Both the position numbers and the translations under genes were made by a program. A DNA stretch of 64,000 nucleotides, from positions 835 to 64,834 of the forward strand of contig JAAYAK010000137.1 of assembly GCA_012719415.1 (NCBI GenBank), read 5' to 3'. A model generated the notes under the pieces. That model did no database searches. It worked only from the letters and a program-made list of their open reading frames with translations, and had not been told where the DNA came from. The DNA is from Syntrophorhabdus sp. (lineage in GTDB: Bacteria > Desulfobacterota > Syntrophorhabdia > Syntrophorhabdales > Syntrophorhabdaceae). Shown piece after piece: positions 45,490 through 54,853 of the stretch; the stretch's first letter is position 1, and the number at the start of each line of letters is the position of its first letter.

Positions 45490-47154
45490 GTGCCAAGGGG
45501 GGTTATCGTGAGACCGATCAGATACACCGATGAGATGATCAACGAATTCAGAAACGACGGGTACTGGACGGAGGAGGTCTTCTCTGATTTCTGGAGGCGA
45601 AACGCCATGGAGCTGGGAGACCGCGAGGCCCTTGTCGACTCCAGATACCGGGTGACATGGAAAGAAGCGTGGAAGATGCTCAACAACCTTGCCAGTGCCT
45701 GGGTCGACATGGGAATACCAAAGGATTCCCGGATAATAATCCAGGCTCCGAACAGCGTCTATGGCTTCATTGCCAGGATAGCGGCCGACAGGGCCGGGAT
45801 CATATCGCTTACCGTCTATCCTTACCTGAGAGAGAAAGAGCTCATCTACATGGTGGAGAGGACGGAGGCGGTAGCCGTGGCCATTCCGCACATCTACCGT
45901 AAGTTCAATTACCTCGAGATGTACAGGGAATTGCAGAAGACCTCACCCTACCTGAAGTATTTCTTCCTTTTTGACGAGGAGGTACCCGAGGGCGCGCCCG
46001 TTGGATCCTACTCACTCTTCAAACTGGCGAACGAAGACGTTGACGGAGCAAAATACACGGCTCTCGACGAGAGAAGGTTCAACGCGTGCCACGATGTGGG
46101 TCTGTTGACGAGCACGACGGGAACAACGGGTCTCCCTAAACTGGTGGAATGGCCCATCGCCTCACGGGTCTGCACGTCAAAAGCGAGGGTCGATATCTGG
46201 CGTCTGACCCGGGACGACATCACGCTGGCCATCGCCCCGCACGCGGGCGGCGCCGCGGGGACCCTCACGTACTTCGCGGCTCCCCTGGTCGGGGCAAAGA
46301 CGGTCATGATGGAAGAGTTCGAACCGGAAGGGGCCCTGAAGCTCATTGAGAAGGAGAAGGCCACGGCCATAGGGGTTGTACCCACCCACCTCGTCCGCAT
46401 GCTCGAGGTGGACGAGACCGGATATGATCTGAGTTCGCTAAGGTTTATTCGAAGCGCCGGCGGTTATCTGCCTCCCCAGGTTGCCGAAGAAGCGGAGAGA
46501 AGGTTCGGGGCGACGATAACGAGCGACCTCGGGACACAGGACGTTGGTTCCGTGTCCGGGTGCACCATCGATGATCCCGGCGAGATACGCCGGAGGACGG
46601 TGGGAAGGATGCTCCCCGGGAACCGAATGAGACTTCTTGACGACGAGGGCAAAGAGGTGTCCGACGGAGAGGCTGGTCAGCTCTGGTTTCGCGGGCCCCA
46701 CGCGCCGGCGGGGTACTATCGCGACCCCGAATCCACGGCACCGGTCTTTGACAGGGACGGGTGGACGACGACGGGTGATATCGTCAAGTATTCCGACGGC
46801 TGCCTGTGGATAATGGGCAGGTCAAAGGACATGATCATACGGGGTGGGCAGAACATATATCCTGCCGAGATAGAAGGCATCCTCAACGAGCACCCCAGGG
46901 TGGCGAACGTGGCCATCGTCGGGTATCCGGACAGGGAAATGGGAGAGCGTGCCTGCGCCTTTGTGGTGCTCAAGGCCGGCGAGACGTTCTCCAAGGAGGA
47001 GATGGTCGCCTTCCTCAAGGAAAAGAAGCTGGCGGCCTTCAAGCTGCCCGAGAGGCTTGAGATAGTCGATGCCCTTCCCACCGTCGGTGATTCCGGCAAG
47101 GTGGATAAAAAGGTGCTTAAGACTGAGATGGAAAAAAGGGTTTCCGGGGGATGA
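45490..47154 (+). CDS. AMP-forming acyl/aryl-CoA ligase (adenylate-forming superfamily)
   Basis: About 550 aa. Core motifs LLTSTTGTTGLPKLV, TGDIV, GRSKDMIIRGGQNIYPAEIE and a C-terminal GKVDKK Lys. The N-terminus resembles aryl-acid (EntE/benzoate-type) ligases. A GTG at 45508, preceded by AAGGGGGG, is an alternative start. Confidence 0.88.
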   Translation: MPRGVIVRPIRYTDEMINEFRNDGYWTEEVFSDFWRRNAMELGDREALVDSRYRVTWKEAWKMLNNLASAWVDMGIPKDSRIIIQAPNSVYGFIARIAADRAGIISLTVYPYLREKELIYMVERTEAVAVAIPHIYRKFNYLEMYRELQKTSPYLKYFFLFDEEVPEGAPVGSYSLFKLANEDVDGAKYTALDERRFNACHDVGLLTSTTGTTGLPKLVEWPIASRVCTSKARVDIWRLTRDDITLAIAPHAGGAAGTLTYFAAPLVGAKTVMMEEFEPEGALKLIEKEKATAIGVVPTHLVRMLEVDETGYDLSSLRFIRSAGGYLPPQVAEEAERRFGATITSDLGTQDVGSVSGCTIDDPGEIRRRTVGRMLPGNRMRLLDDEGKEVSDGEAGQLWFRGPHAPAGYYRDPESTAPVFDRDGWTTTGDIVKYSDGCLWIMGRSKDMIIRGGQNIYPAEIEGILNEHPRVANVAIVGYPDREMGERACAFVVLKAGETFSKEEMVAFLKEKKLAAFKLPERLEIVDALPTVGDSGKVDKKVLKTEMEKRVSGG

Positions 47155-48404
47155 CGATGAAAACGATCCTTATTATCTCCACCTTGAATACCAAGGGAGC
47201 GGAGACGTTCCACCTGCGCGACATGATCAGCCGTTTTGGTGGCTCGCCTGTCGTGCTCGATATCTCCATGCGGCCGGCGGACGGAGAGGCTTCGGCCGAT
47301 ATTTCACCCGACGAGGTGGCGCGGGCTGCGGGAAGCACCATGATGGAGATCCTGGCGTCCGGGGAGAGGGCCAGGAACACCGCCATAATGACAAGGGGGG
47401 CTGCCGCGAAAGCCCTCCAGATGCTCCGGGAGAACAGACTTGACGGAGTCATAGGCATAGGCGGTTCCACCGGGTCCCTGATGGCGACGGACGTGATGCG
47501 TTCGCTGCCTTTCGGTCTTCCCAAGTTGATGGTGTCGTCCACCGCAGCCCTGCCGGGCATGTCGACGAAATACATCGGTACCGGAGATATCGCGCTCATG
47601 CATTCGGTGGTGGAAATAGCAGGACTTGGAGACGCGCTCAGAAACGTTATCGAGAGGGCTGCACGGGGGATATGCGCGATGGCCGAGGCAGCGCCCATCG
47701 TATCGAGAAAGAAGAGCGGTGACAGCAAGGCGGTGGCGATCACCATGCTGGGGCCGTGTGACAGGTGCGCCACGGCTGTAAGGCTTGCCCTCGAGGAGAA
47801 AGGGCACCAGGTGACAGGCTTTTCCGCGGCCGGTATCAGCGATCGGGCGATGGAACTCATGGTGTCACAGGGGCTCTTCGACGCGGTCATCGACCTTGCT
47901 CCGGGTGGAGTGATGGAGCATCTTGTGGGCGGAATGAGGGACGCCGGGCCGAGCAGGATGGAAGCGGCAGGCAAGGCGGGTATACCGCAGGTTATTTCCA
48001 CCTGCGGCGTCAACCACATAACACCACCGAAATCCAAGTACACCGAAGATCACAAGACGCGAAGGAAATACGACATCGACAGGTTCAGAACCTGGCTGAG
48101 GGCTTCACCCGATGAGCTTCGGTCAGCCGCCCGGGCTTTCGCGGAGAAACTGAACGGCGCGGGTGGTCCGGTCAAGGTCATCATACCCATGAGAGGTTGG
48201 TCATCCGTTGATGTGCCGGGTAATGCCACGTATGACCCGGAAGAGGACAGATGTTTCTTGAATGAGCTCAGAAGGCACGCGGCGGCAAGGATCGAAATAG
48301 CGGAGATAGATGCCAACATGGAAGACCCGGTGTTCGCTCGATCCGTGATAAGCGCGGGGATAGAGATCCTGGGCCGGTCGGGCAGGGGGCTTAAATGCGC
48401 GTGA
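47151..48404 (+). CDS. UPF0261 (Tm-1 N-terminal-like, putative ATP-binding) protein, copy 1
   Basis: 417 aa. ILIISTLNTKG start, DGVIGIGGSTGS and RSLPFGLPKLMVSS motifs. ATGA overlap with the ligase stop. Confidence 0.75.
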   Translation: MTMKTILIISTLNTKGAETFHLRDMISRFGGSPVVLDISMRPADGEASADISPDEVARAAGSTMMEILASGERARNTAIMTRGAAAKALQMLRENRLDGVIGIGGSTGSLMATDVMRSLPFGLPKLMVSSTAALPGMSTKYIGTGDIALMHSVVEIAGLGDALRNVIERAARGICAMAEAAPIVSRKKSGDSKAVAITMLGPCDRCATAVRLALEEKGHQVTGFSAAGISDRAMELMVSQGLFDAVIDLAPGGVMEHLVGGMRDAGPSRMEAAGKAGIPQVISTCGVNHITPPKSKYTEDHKTRRKYDIDRFRTWLRASPDELRSAARAFAEKLNGAGGPVKVIIPMRGWSSVDVPGNATYDPEEDRCFLNELRRHAAARIEIAEIDANMEDPVFARSVISAGIEILGRSGRGLKCA

Positions 48405-48482
48405 GGAGGATCGCGGTCTTTGCATTTCCATGTGGGCTGATCCGGGACGATGTGGACGAGAAGAACGAGGAAGGAGGTATCG

Positions 48483-49388
48483 ATGACAAACCTGCTGCCG
48501 AAATTTGACTATTACGAACCCAGGGACATTGCCGGGGCGTGCAGATTGCTCTCCCAGTTCAAGGGATCCGCGAAGATAATAGCCGGAGGCACCGACATCC
48601 TGGTGAACATGAAGAAGGGCCTGATCGCGCCTGAACGGCTGGTGGGCATCGGGAAGATCCCCGGCATCTCGGAGGTGCAGGCTGTGAATGGAGGGATCTC
48701 CATTGGGGCCCACCTCATTGTGGAGAAGCTCGTGGAGTTCGATCTCGTGAGAAGAAGGTTTGGTGTTTTGTCCAGGGCAGCCTCGGTACTCGGCTCTCCC
48801 CTCGTCAGAAATCGGGCGACGATAGGAGGCAACATCGTAAACGCCCGGCCCGCCGCCGACCTTCCGCCTCCCCTCATGGCCATGGATGCCAGGGTGATCC
48901 TGACGGGCATGCGGCGGGAGAGGGAGGTGCCGCTGGACAAGTTCTTCAGAGGACCCGGTCAGACCGTGATAAAACCGTCGGAGGTGTTGACCCGGGTCGT
49001 GATGGACAACCCGCCCCCCTTTACCGGTGGAGATTACATGAAGCTCATGCACCGCAGGTCCCTGGAGATCGCGATAGTGGCCGTGGCCTCGAGGATAACC
49101 CTTGACGGCCCGGACGGGACGATCACGGACGCGAGGATCATTCTGAGTTCTGTGGCGCCGAAAGCCGTGCATGCCCCTCGCGCCGAGAAGAGCCTGCTGG
49201 GGGAGAGGCCCACGGAAAACCTTTTCGCTGAGGCGGCACGGATCGCTTCGACAGAATGCGCGCCGATAGACGATATCCGTGGAGGGGCCGGGTACCGCCG
49301 CAGCATGGTCGAGGTGCTGACGAGGCGAACGTTGCGGGGCGCTCTTGATGAGGCCCTGCGTCAGACCGGAGAAAGGGGTGGACGATGA
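48483..49388 (+). CDS. Xanthine-dehydrogenase-family FAD-binding (medium, CoxM/HcrB-like) subunit
   Basis: About 301 aa from the ATG at 48483. Motifs IIAGGTDILV and ATIGGNI, plus a C-terminal CO-dehydrogenase flavoprotein domain (DIRGGAGYRR). Confidence 0.88.
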   Translation: MTNLLPKFDYYEPRDIAGACRLLSQFKGSAKIIAGGTDILVNMKKGLIAPERLVGIGKIPGISEVQAVNGGISIGAHLIVEKLVEFDLVRRRFGVLSRAASVLGSPLVRNRATIGGNIVNARPAADLPPPLMAMDARVILTGMRREREVPLDKFFRGPGQTVIKPSEVLTRVVMDNPPPFTGGDYMKLMHRRSLEIAIVAVASRITLDGPDGTITDARIILSSVAPKAVHAPRAEKSLLGERPTENLFAEAARIASTECAPIDDIRGGAGYRRSMVEVLTRRTLRGALDEALRQTGERGGR

Positions 49389-49855
49389 AAAGACTGATAA
49401 CCCTTATCGTGAACGGGAGGGCTTGCGAATTGGCGGTTGAGCAGAACAGGACGCTGGCGCAGGTTCTCAGGGAGGATCTTGGCCTGCTGGGGGTAAAAGT
49501 GGGCTGCGGTGTCGGGGATTGTGGTGCCTGCACAGTTGTCCTTGACGGTCGCTGCGTCAATTCCTGCCTCGTGCTTGCCGTTCAGGTGGACGGCAGCGAG
49601 GTTGATACGATAGAAGGCGTGTCCGAAGGTGGGAATTTGCATCCCGTCCAGGAGGCGTTTGTGGAACACGGGGCGATCCAGTGCGGTTTCTGCACCCCGG
49701 GGATGGTCCTGACGGCGAAAAACCTGCTCGAGAGGCGCCCGGACCCTTCCGAGGCGGAGGTAAGGGCGGCGCTGTCGGGGAATCTGTGCAGGTGCACCGG
49801 GTATCAGAAGATCGTCGAGGCGGTCCGCCTGGCGGCGAAGGCGATGAAGAAATAG
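49385..49855 (+). CDS. Xanthine-dehydrogenase-family [2Fe-2S] (small, CoxS/HcrC-like) subunit
   Basis: 156 aa. CGVGDCGACTV, and CGFCTPGM plus CRCTGY, give the two 2Fe-2S sites. ATGA overlap with the FAD subunit. Confidence 0.92.
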   Translation: MKRLITLIVNGRACELAVEQNRTLAQVLREDLGLLGVKVGCGVGDCGACTVVLDGRCVNSCLVLAVQVDGSEVDTIEGVSEGGNLHPVQEAFVEHGAIQCGFCTPGMVLTAKNLLERRPDPSEAEVRAALSGNLCRCTGYQKIVEAVRLAAKAMKK

Positions 49856-49873
49856 GGAAGAGGAGAGCTGACC

Positions 49874-52225
49874 ATGAAGGAGTACAGTGTCATCAACACG
49901 AGATTGCCACGGGTGGACGCCCGTGAGAAGGTGACAGGCTCGGCCCGGTACTCGGACGATCTTTCCATGACGGGAATGCTTTACGGAGCGCTTTTGCAGA
50001 GTCCGGTGGCCCACGCGAGGATAAAGAGGATCGATGCCTCGAAGGCGAGAAAACTGCCCGGAGTGAAGGACGTGGTAACGGCGCAGGAAGCCGGGAACGT
50101 CAGATACGGAGTGAGTCCGGCGCGATACGACGAGACCATTTTCTGCATCGACAAGGTCAGGTATATCGGGGACGAGATCGCGGCAGTTGCCGCTGAAGAC
50201 CTGGACACGGCCATGGAGGCGATCGGACTGATCGAAGTGGAATACGAGGAACTGCCCATCGTCCTTGACCCCTTCGAGGCGATACGTGAGGGCGCCCCGG
50301 TAATACACGAAGACTTTCCGAACAACATCGGGGCCGAAGTCCACCAGGAATTCGGAAACGTGGAAGAAGCTTTCAAGGAATGCGATTACATCAGGACTGA
50401 CAAATTCACGAACAAGAAGCAAGACGGGGCGTTTCTCGAGCCCCAGGCGTGTCTGGCCGTCTATGATTCCGGAGATGGTCTCACGCTCCGCTCGTCAACG
50501 CAGGTACCGCATTACGTCCAGAGGACCCTTGCGATGGTGCTGCGTCTGCCCGTGGGGAAGGTGAGGGTGGCGCAACCGTATGTAGGTGGAGGGTTCGGGC
50601 CGAAAGCTTCGGCCAGCACCCTCGAACTCGCGGCATGCCTCATGGCCATGAGGACGGGAAGACCGGTGAAGATGACCTTCACCAGGGAACAGGTCTTTCT
50701 CCACAGCCGGGCGCGCCACCAATTCTTCCACGAGTTGACAACGGGGGTGAAAAAGGACGGTACCCTGATGGCCCTGAAGAACACCTGCTATCTTGATGGA
50801 GGTGCCTATTCCAGCTTCGGCATCGCCACGGTCTATTACGCCGGTTCGCTTCTGGGAGCGCCTTACAGGCTGCCGAACATGAAATACGACGGATACCGGA
50901 TCTATACCAACAAACCGGCCAACGGCGCGCAAAGGGGACACGGTGGAGTTGCCGCCCGGGCCGCGTGGGAGCAACAGCTTGACGCAATCGCGCAAGAATT
51001 GGGGATGGACCCCATCGAAATGCGTCTCAGAAACATCATGCAAAGGGGAGACGTCACCTGCAACGATTTCAACATGAGCAGCCTGGGGATGAAGGAATGC
51101 CTGGAGGCGGTTCGTGATGGTTCGGGATGGGAACACAAGAAGGGCAAACTCCAAAAGGGGAAGGGGATTGGAGTTGCCTGCGGTTTCTTTGTTTCCGGTG
51201 CCGGTTTTCCCATATATCGGTCCGAGACGTTCCATTCCACCGCTGTGATCAAGCTGTCCGAGGATGGGGGCACGGTGAACCTTTACACCCCGGCGGCGGA
51301 GATCGGACAGGGATCGGACACAATACTCACCCAGATGGCAGCCGAGGCGTTGGGGGTCAGGTATGGCGACGTGAGGATAACTTCCGGTGATACCGATCTT
51401 GGCGTGGATCTCGGTGCCTATTCGTCGAGGCAGACGCTCATGTCCGGCCAGGCGGTCAAGCAGGCGGCGGAAGACGTAAGAAGGCAGGTGCTCGAGGTGT
51501 TGTCGGAGAAGCTGGGTATTCCCGTCGATGACATGGACATCAGGGACGGCCATATTCTTTTCAAGAGGGACGGCGTCGACTTCTCGACCATAAGGACGGG
51601 CTATATCAAGGAACATCGCGGTTGGACCGATCCACCGGCAGGCGACCGGCTCACCTTCGTGGAGGCCGCTCGCGGCGCGTACCTGTCCCGGGGGTCCATA
51701 GTGGGCAGGGGGGCCTACAAGCCCGGAGAACTTGGCGGCAAATACAAAGGAGCGGCCGTGGGAACGTCTCCGGCCTACGGGTGCTCGGCCCAGGTGGTGG
51801 AGGTAACGGTGGACATGGAGACGGGGCAGGTGACCGTGGACAAGATGACCGATGCTCATGACTGCGGCTTTGCCATCAATCGCACCAACGTGGAGGGCCA
51901 GATGCAAGGTTCCCTGTCTATGGGACTCGGTGAGGCCCTTTTCGAGGAGATAAAGTTCGACGGCAGTGGGCGTGTCACGAACCCGACGCTGGGGGAATAC
52001 CGCATACCAACCAGCCTCGATATGCCGAATGTGGAGACCATCATCGTTGAGAGCGATGAACCCAACGGTCCTTTCGGGGCGAAAGAGGTCGGCGAGGGTG
52101 CTATCATGCCCACCATCCCCGCGATACTGAACGCCGTTTACGACGCGACGGGGGTGCGAATATGGGAGTTGCCGGTGACATCGGAACGGATCTTCAAGGC
52201 CTTGAAGAGCAGGGAACGCAAATGA
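49874..52225 (+). CDS. Xanthine-dehydrogenase-family molybdopterin-binding (large, CoxL/HcrA-like) subunit
   Basis: 783 aa. N-terminal a/b-hammerhead (VTGSARYSDD), the VGGGFGPK motif, and C-terminal Mo-cofactor domains (GAKEVGEGAI). Confidence 0.92.
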   Translation: MKEYSVINTRLPRVDAREKVTGSARYSDDLSMTGMLYGALLQSPVAHARIKRIDASKARKLPGVKDVVTAQEAGNVRYGVSPARYDETIFCIDKVRYIGDEIAAVAAEDLDTAMEAIGLIEVEYEELPIVLDPFEAIREGAPVIHEDFPNNIGAEVHQEFGNVEEAFKECDYIRTDKFTNKKQDGAFLEPQACLAVYDSGDGLTLRSSTQVPHYVQRTLAMVLRLPVGKVRVAQPYVGGGFGPKASASTLELAACLMAMRTGRPVKMTFTREQVFLHSRARHQFFHELTTGVKKDGTLMALKNTCYLDGGAYSSFGIATVYYAGSLLGAPYRLPNMKYDGYRIYTNKPANGAQRGHGGVAARAAWEQQLDAIAQELGMDPIEMRLRNIMQRGDVTCNDFNMSSLGMKECLEAVRDGSGWEHKKGKLQKGKGIGVACGFFVSGAGFPIYRSETFHSTAVIKLSEDGGTVNLYTPAAEIGQGSDTILTQMAAEALGVRYGDVRITSGDTDLGVDLGAYSSRQTLMSGQAVKQAAEDVRRQVLEVLSEKLGIPVDDMDIRDGHILFKRDGVDFSTIRTGYIKEHRGWTDPPAGDRLTFVEAARGAYLSRGSIVGRGAYKPGELGGKYKGAAVGTSPAYGCSAQVVEVTVDMETGQVTVDKMTDAHDCGFAINRTNVEGQMQGSLSMGLGEALFEEIKFDGSGRVTNPTLGEYRIPTSLDMPNVETIIVESDEPNGPFGAKEVGEGAIMPTIPAILNAVYDATGVRIWELPVTSERIFKALKSRERK

Positions 52226-52241
52226 AAGGAGGTTGGACGTT

Positions 52242-52889
52242 ATGTCGATCCTGTTTACCCAGCACTGGGACCTGATACCCGGTGCCGAAAGCGAATACAT
52301 GCAGTTCATTGCGGAGAGGTACATACCGGAGACCGAGGAAAAGGGTTTCCATCCCGTGGGAGGCTATTACGTGGAGGTCGGTTTTGGGCCGAGGATCGTT
52401 GCCGTGTATGCGGCCGAAAACCTCGGTCGACTCACGGAGGTTGTAGACACGTCAAAATTCAGGGAGCTGACAGTTGCGCTAAAATCGCTTGTGTACAATT
52501 ATGTCTCCGGTGTCTACGCCCCCACGGGGAACGTGAAACATGAGGATTATTCCATTCAAAAAGGAGTATGGAAGTTCAACCAGTACTATGACCTGAAGCC
52601 GGGGATGAAGAAGGAGTACGCAGATTTTATCATCAACGAGCACGTCCCGACGATGAAGAAGCTCGATTACCTGGAAGTGACGGGCGGGTGGAACGTGCTC
52701 TTTGGCGGTTTTTCGGAGATCATAGCGGAATTCACTTTCAAGGATCCCATCGATATCGCGAGGCTTCTCAACAATGAGGATTTCAGGAAGGTCACCCTGA
52801 AACTGCGCAGTGAATTCGTGATCAACTACAAGAGCAGGATCCTTCGTTGCACGGAACGGTTTGATGAAGCCAGGTGGTTCAGGCTTTAA
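52242..52889 (+). CDS. Orphan protein built from two homologous ~100-aa halves (no family recognised)
   Basis: 215 aa from the ATG at 52242, with an AAGGAGG Shine-Dalgarno at 52227. Half 1 is FTQHWDLIPGAESEYMQFIAERYIPE..VGGYYVEVGFG..FRELTVALKSLVYNYVS. Half 2 is FNQYYDLKPGMKKEYADFIINEHVPT..TGGWNVLFGG..FRKVTLKLRSEFVINYKS. Confidence 0.6.
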   Translation: MSILFTQHWDLIPGAESEYMQFIAERYIPETEEKGFHPVGGYYVEVGFGPRIVAVYAAENLGRLTEVVDTSKFRELTVALKSLVYNYVSGVYAPTGNVKHEDYSIQKGVWKFNQYYDLKPGMKKEYADFIINEHVPTMKKLDYLEVTGGWNVLFGGFSEIIAEFTFKDPIDIARLLNNEDFRKVTLKLRSEFVINYKSRILRCTERFDEARWFRL

Positions 52890-52914
52890 TACAAAACAAG
52901 GGGGAGGAGAAGCT

Positions 52915-54756
52915 ATGGCCGCAACGACATTTATGGATCCCCATGATGTGCCTGTCATCACGGGTACTCAGGGATGGGAAAGGATGTATCCTTACCAGTA
53001 CCAGTTCTCGAAGGACGATCCGGAAAGAGAGTCCTTTGAGAGCAGCCAGATATGGTATTATGACGGTCTTCATTATCCCGAGCCCCATTACCCGTTCGAC
53101 CTTATATGGGACGAGGCGTGGTCCCTCGCGCTGTCGCAGTACAACACGAGACATTTCATAATCCCGCCGGCCATGGGTATCGATCACCGCATCGTCAACG
53201 GCTATGTGTACATAACCCCCGTAGGAATAGCCGATCAGGAGGTGGTGGCGAAAAGGGTGCCCCATTTCCTTGAAAGGGCTGGATACTATTACCAGAACTG
53301 GGACAGACTCTACGAAAACTGGAAGAAGAAAGTTACGGCGCTGATCGAGGAGCTGGATGCTCTCGACTTCAGCGAATTGCCCGAAATGGAAGACATCAGC
53401 GTCGTCACGGAGGGGGTCGGCAGAGGCCGCGGCTTCGACCTGCTCAAAAAGTACGACGATCTGATCAATATGGGTCTTCTCAACTGGCAATACCATTTTG
53501 AGTTCCTCAATCTTGGTTACGCGGCATATGTGACGTTCATCAACACGACGAACCAGATCTTCCCGGGCATCCCCATGTCCACGCTGACCAAAATGGTTTC
53601 CGGCATCGATGTTGTCATGTACAAGCCTGATTCGGAACTGATACGGCTGGCAAGACTTGCCATTGACACGGGGCTCGAAGAGATGTTCATGAAGCCCCTC
53701 AAGGCGGAAGGGTTGATGGGGGAACTGGAGAAGTCCGCGGCGGGCAGGGATTGGCTGGCCGAGATGGAGAAGGCCCGTTATCCATGGTTCTACATATCCA
53801 CCGGAACGGGGTGGTATCATCACCACATCTCCTGGAACGATAATCTTGACATTCCCTTCGACGCCATCAGGATGCATATCACGAGTCTCAAGGAAGGAAA
53901 GGAGGTCGGGCGCCCGACGGAAAAGCTCGTGAAGGAGCGCGACAGGATAGTCGAGGAATACAGGAAACTGATAAAAACTGACGACGACCGGGAGGCCTTC
54001 GAGCAGTCGCTGGCGGTCGCGAGAACCGTTTTCCCCTATGTCGAGGACCATTTGTTCTACATCGAACACTGGTTCCACAGCATCTTCTGGGGGAAGGTGC
54101 GCCAGATCGGGAGGATCCTGCAAAAGGAAGGTTTTATCGGGGACGTCGAGGATATCTGGTACCTGAAAAGGGACGAGATAAAACAGGCCCTGTGGGACTA
54201 CTGCACGGCATGGGCTACCGGTGTCAAGCCAAGGGGACCTTCGTATTGGCCGAAGGAGGTTTCATGGAGGAAGGAGGTCTATAAGAAGTTCAGAGAGTGG
54301 GTTCCTCCACCGGCACTCGGGGTACCGCCCGACGTCGTGACGGAGCCTTTCACCATAGTGCTTTGGGGTGTGACCACGGACGTGTTGGGCGAATGGCTCA
54401 AGGGCGGGAGCGACGGAGAAGAGGAAGTGAGGGAGTTCAAGGGTTCGCCCGGTTCTTCCGGTCTGGTGGAGGGAAGGGCGCGGGTTCTCAGGAACGTTTC
54501 GGAACTCTCCGATCTCAAGGAGGGGGAGATCCTTGTTGCCACCACCACATCGCCAAGCTGGGCGCCGGCCTTCGTGAAGATAGCTGGCGCCGTGACCGAT
54601 GTCGGAGGGCCCATGTGCCACGCGGCGATAGTCTGCAGGGAATACGGTCTTCCCACGGTGGTGGGGACAGGAAAGGCGACCCACCTCATCAAGACGGGAG
54701 ACCTCATCAGGATAGACGGCGACAGCGGTGTTGTGACCATTCTTGAGAAAGCTTGA
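52915..54756 (+). CDS. PEP-utilising-enzyme phosphohistidine (mobile domain) protein, phenylphosphate synthase alpha (PpsA)-like
   Basis: 613 aa from the ATG at 52915, with a GGGGGAGGAG Shine-Dalgarno. The C-terminal swivel domain has GGPMCHAAIVCREYGLPTVVG (catalytic His). The large N-terminal region has no ATP-grasp motifs. Confidence 0.8.
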   Translation: MAATTFMDPHDVPVITGTQGWERMYPYQYQFSKDDPERESFESSQIWYYDGLHYPEPHYPFDLIWDEAWSLALSQYNTRHFIIPPAMGIDHRIVNGYVYITPVGIADQEVVAKRVPHFLERAGYYYQNWDRLYENWKKKVTALIEELDALDFSELPEMEDISVVTEGVGRGRGFDLLKKYDDLINMGLLNWQYHFEFLNLGYAAYVTFINTTNQIFPGIPMSTLTKMVSGIDVVMYKPDSELIRLARLAIDTGLEEMFMKPLKAEGLMGELEKSAAGRDWLAEMEKARYPWFYISTGTGWYHHHISWNDNLDIPFDAIRMHITSLKEGKEVGRPTEKLVKERDRIVEEYRKLIKTDDDREAFEQSLAVARTVFPYVEDHLFYIEHWFHSIFWGKVRQIGRILQKEGFIGDVEDIWYLKRDEIKQALWDYCTAWATGVKPRGPSYWPKEVSWRKEVYKKFREWVPPPALGVPPDVVTEPFTIVLWGVTTDVLGEWLKGGSDGEEEVREFKGSPGSSGLVEGRARVLRNVSELSDLKEGEILVATTTSPSWAPAFVKIAGAVTDVGGPMCHAAIVCREYGLPTVVGTGKATHLIKTGDLIRIDGDSGVVTILEKA

Positions 54757-54853
54757 CGGGCTGATGCCGCTTCCTCTCCTTTGGGATGGGGCGGGCACGG
54801 GCCGTCAGGTTCGTGAACCGCCCCGCGTAAAGGATCTGACAAGGAGGAAAGGG

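Noticed and set aside
52242-52889. The 215-aa orphan as the third phenylphosphate synthase subunit (PpsC)
   Set aside because: PpsC is described as a tandem-CBS-domain protein. This sequence shows a different internal duplication with no CBS-like pattern, so the assignment is not supported. It is kept as an unknown.
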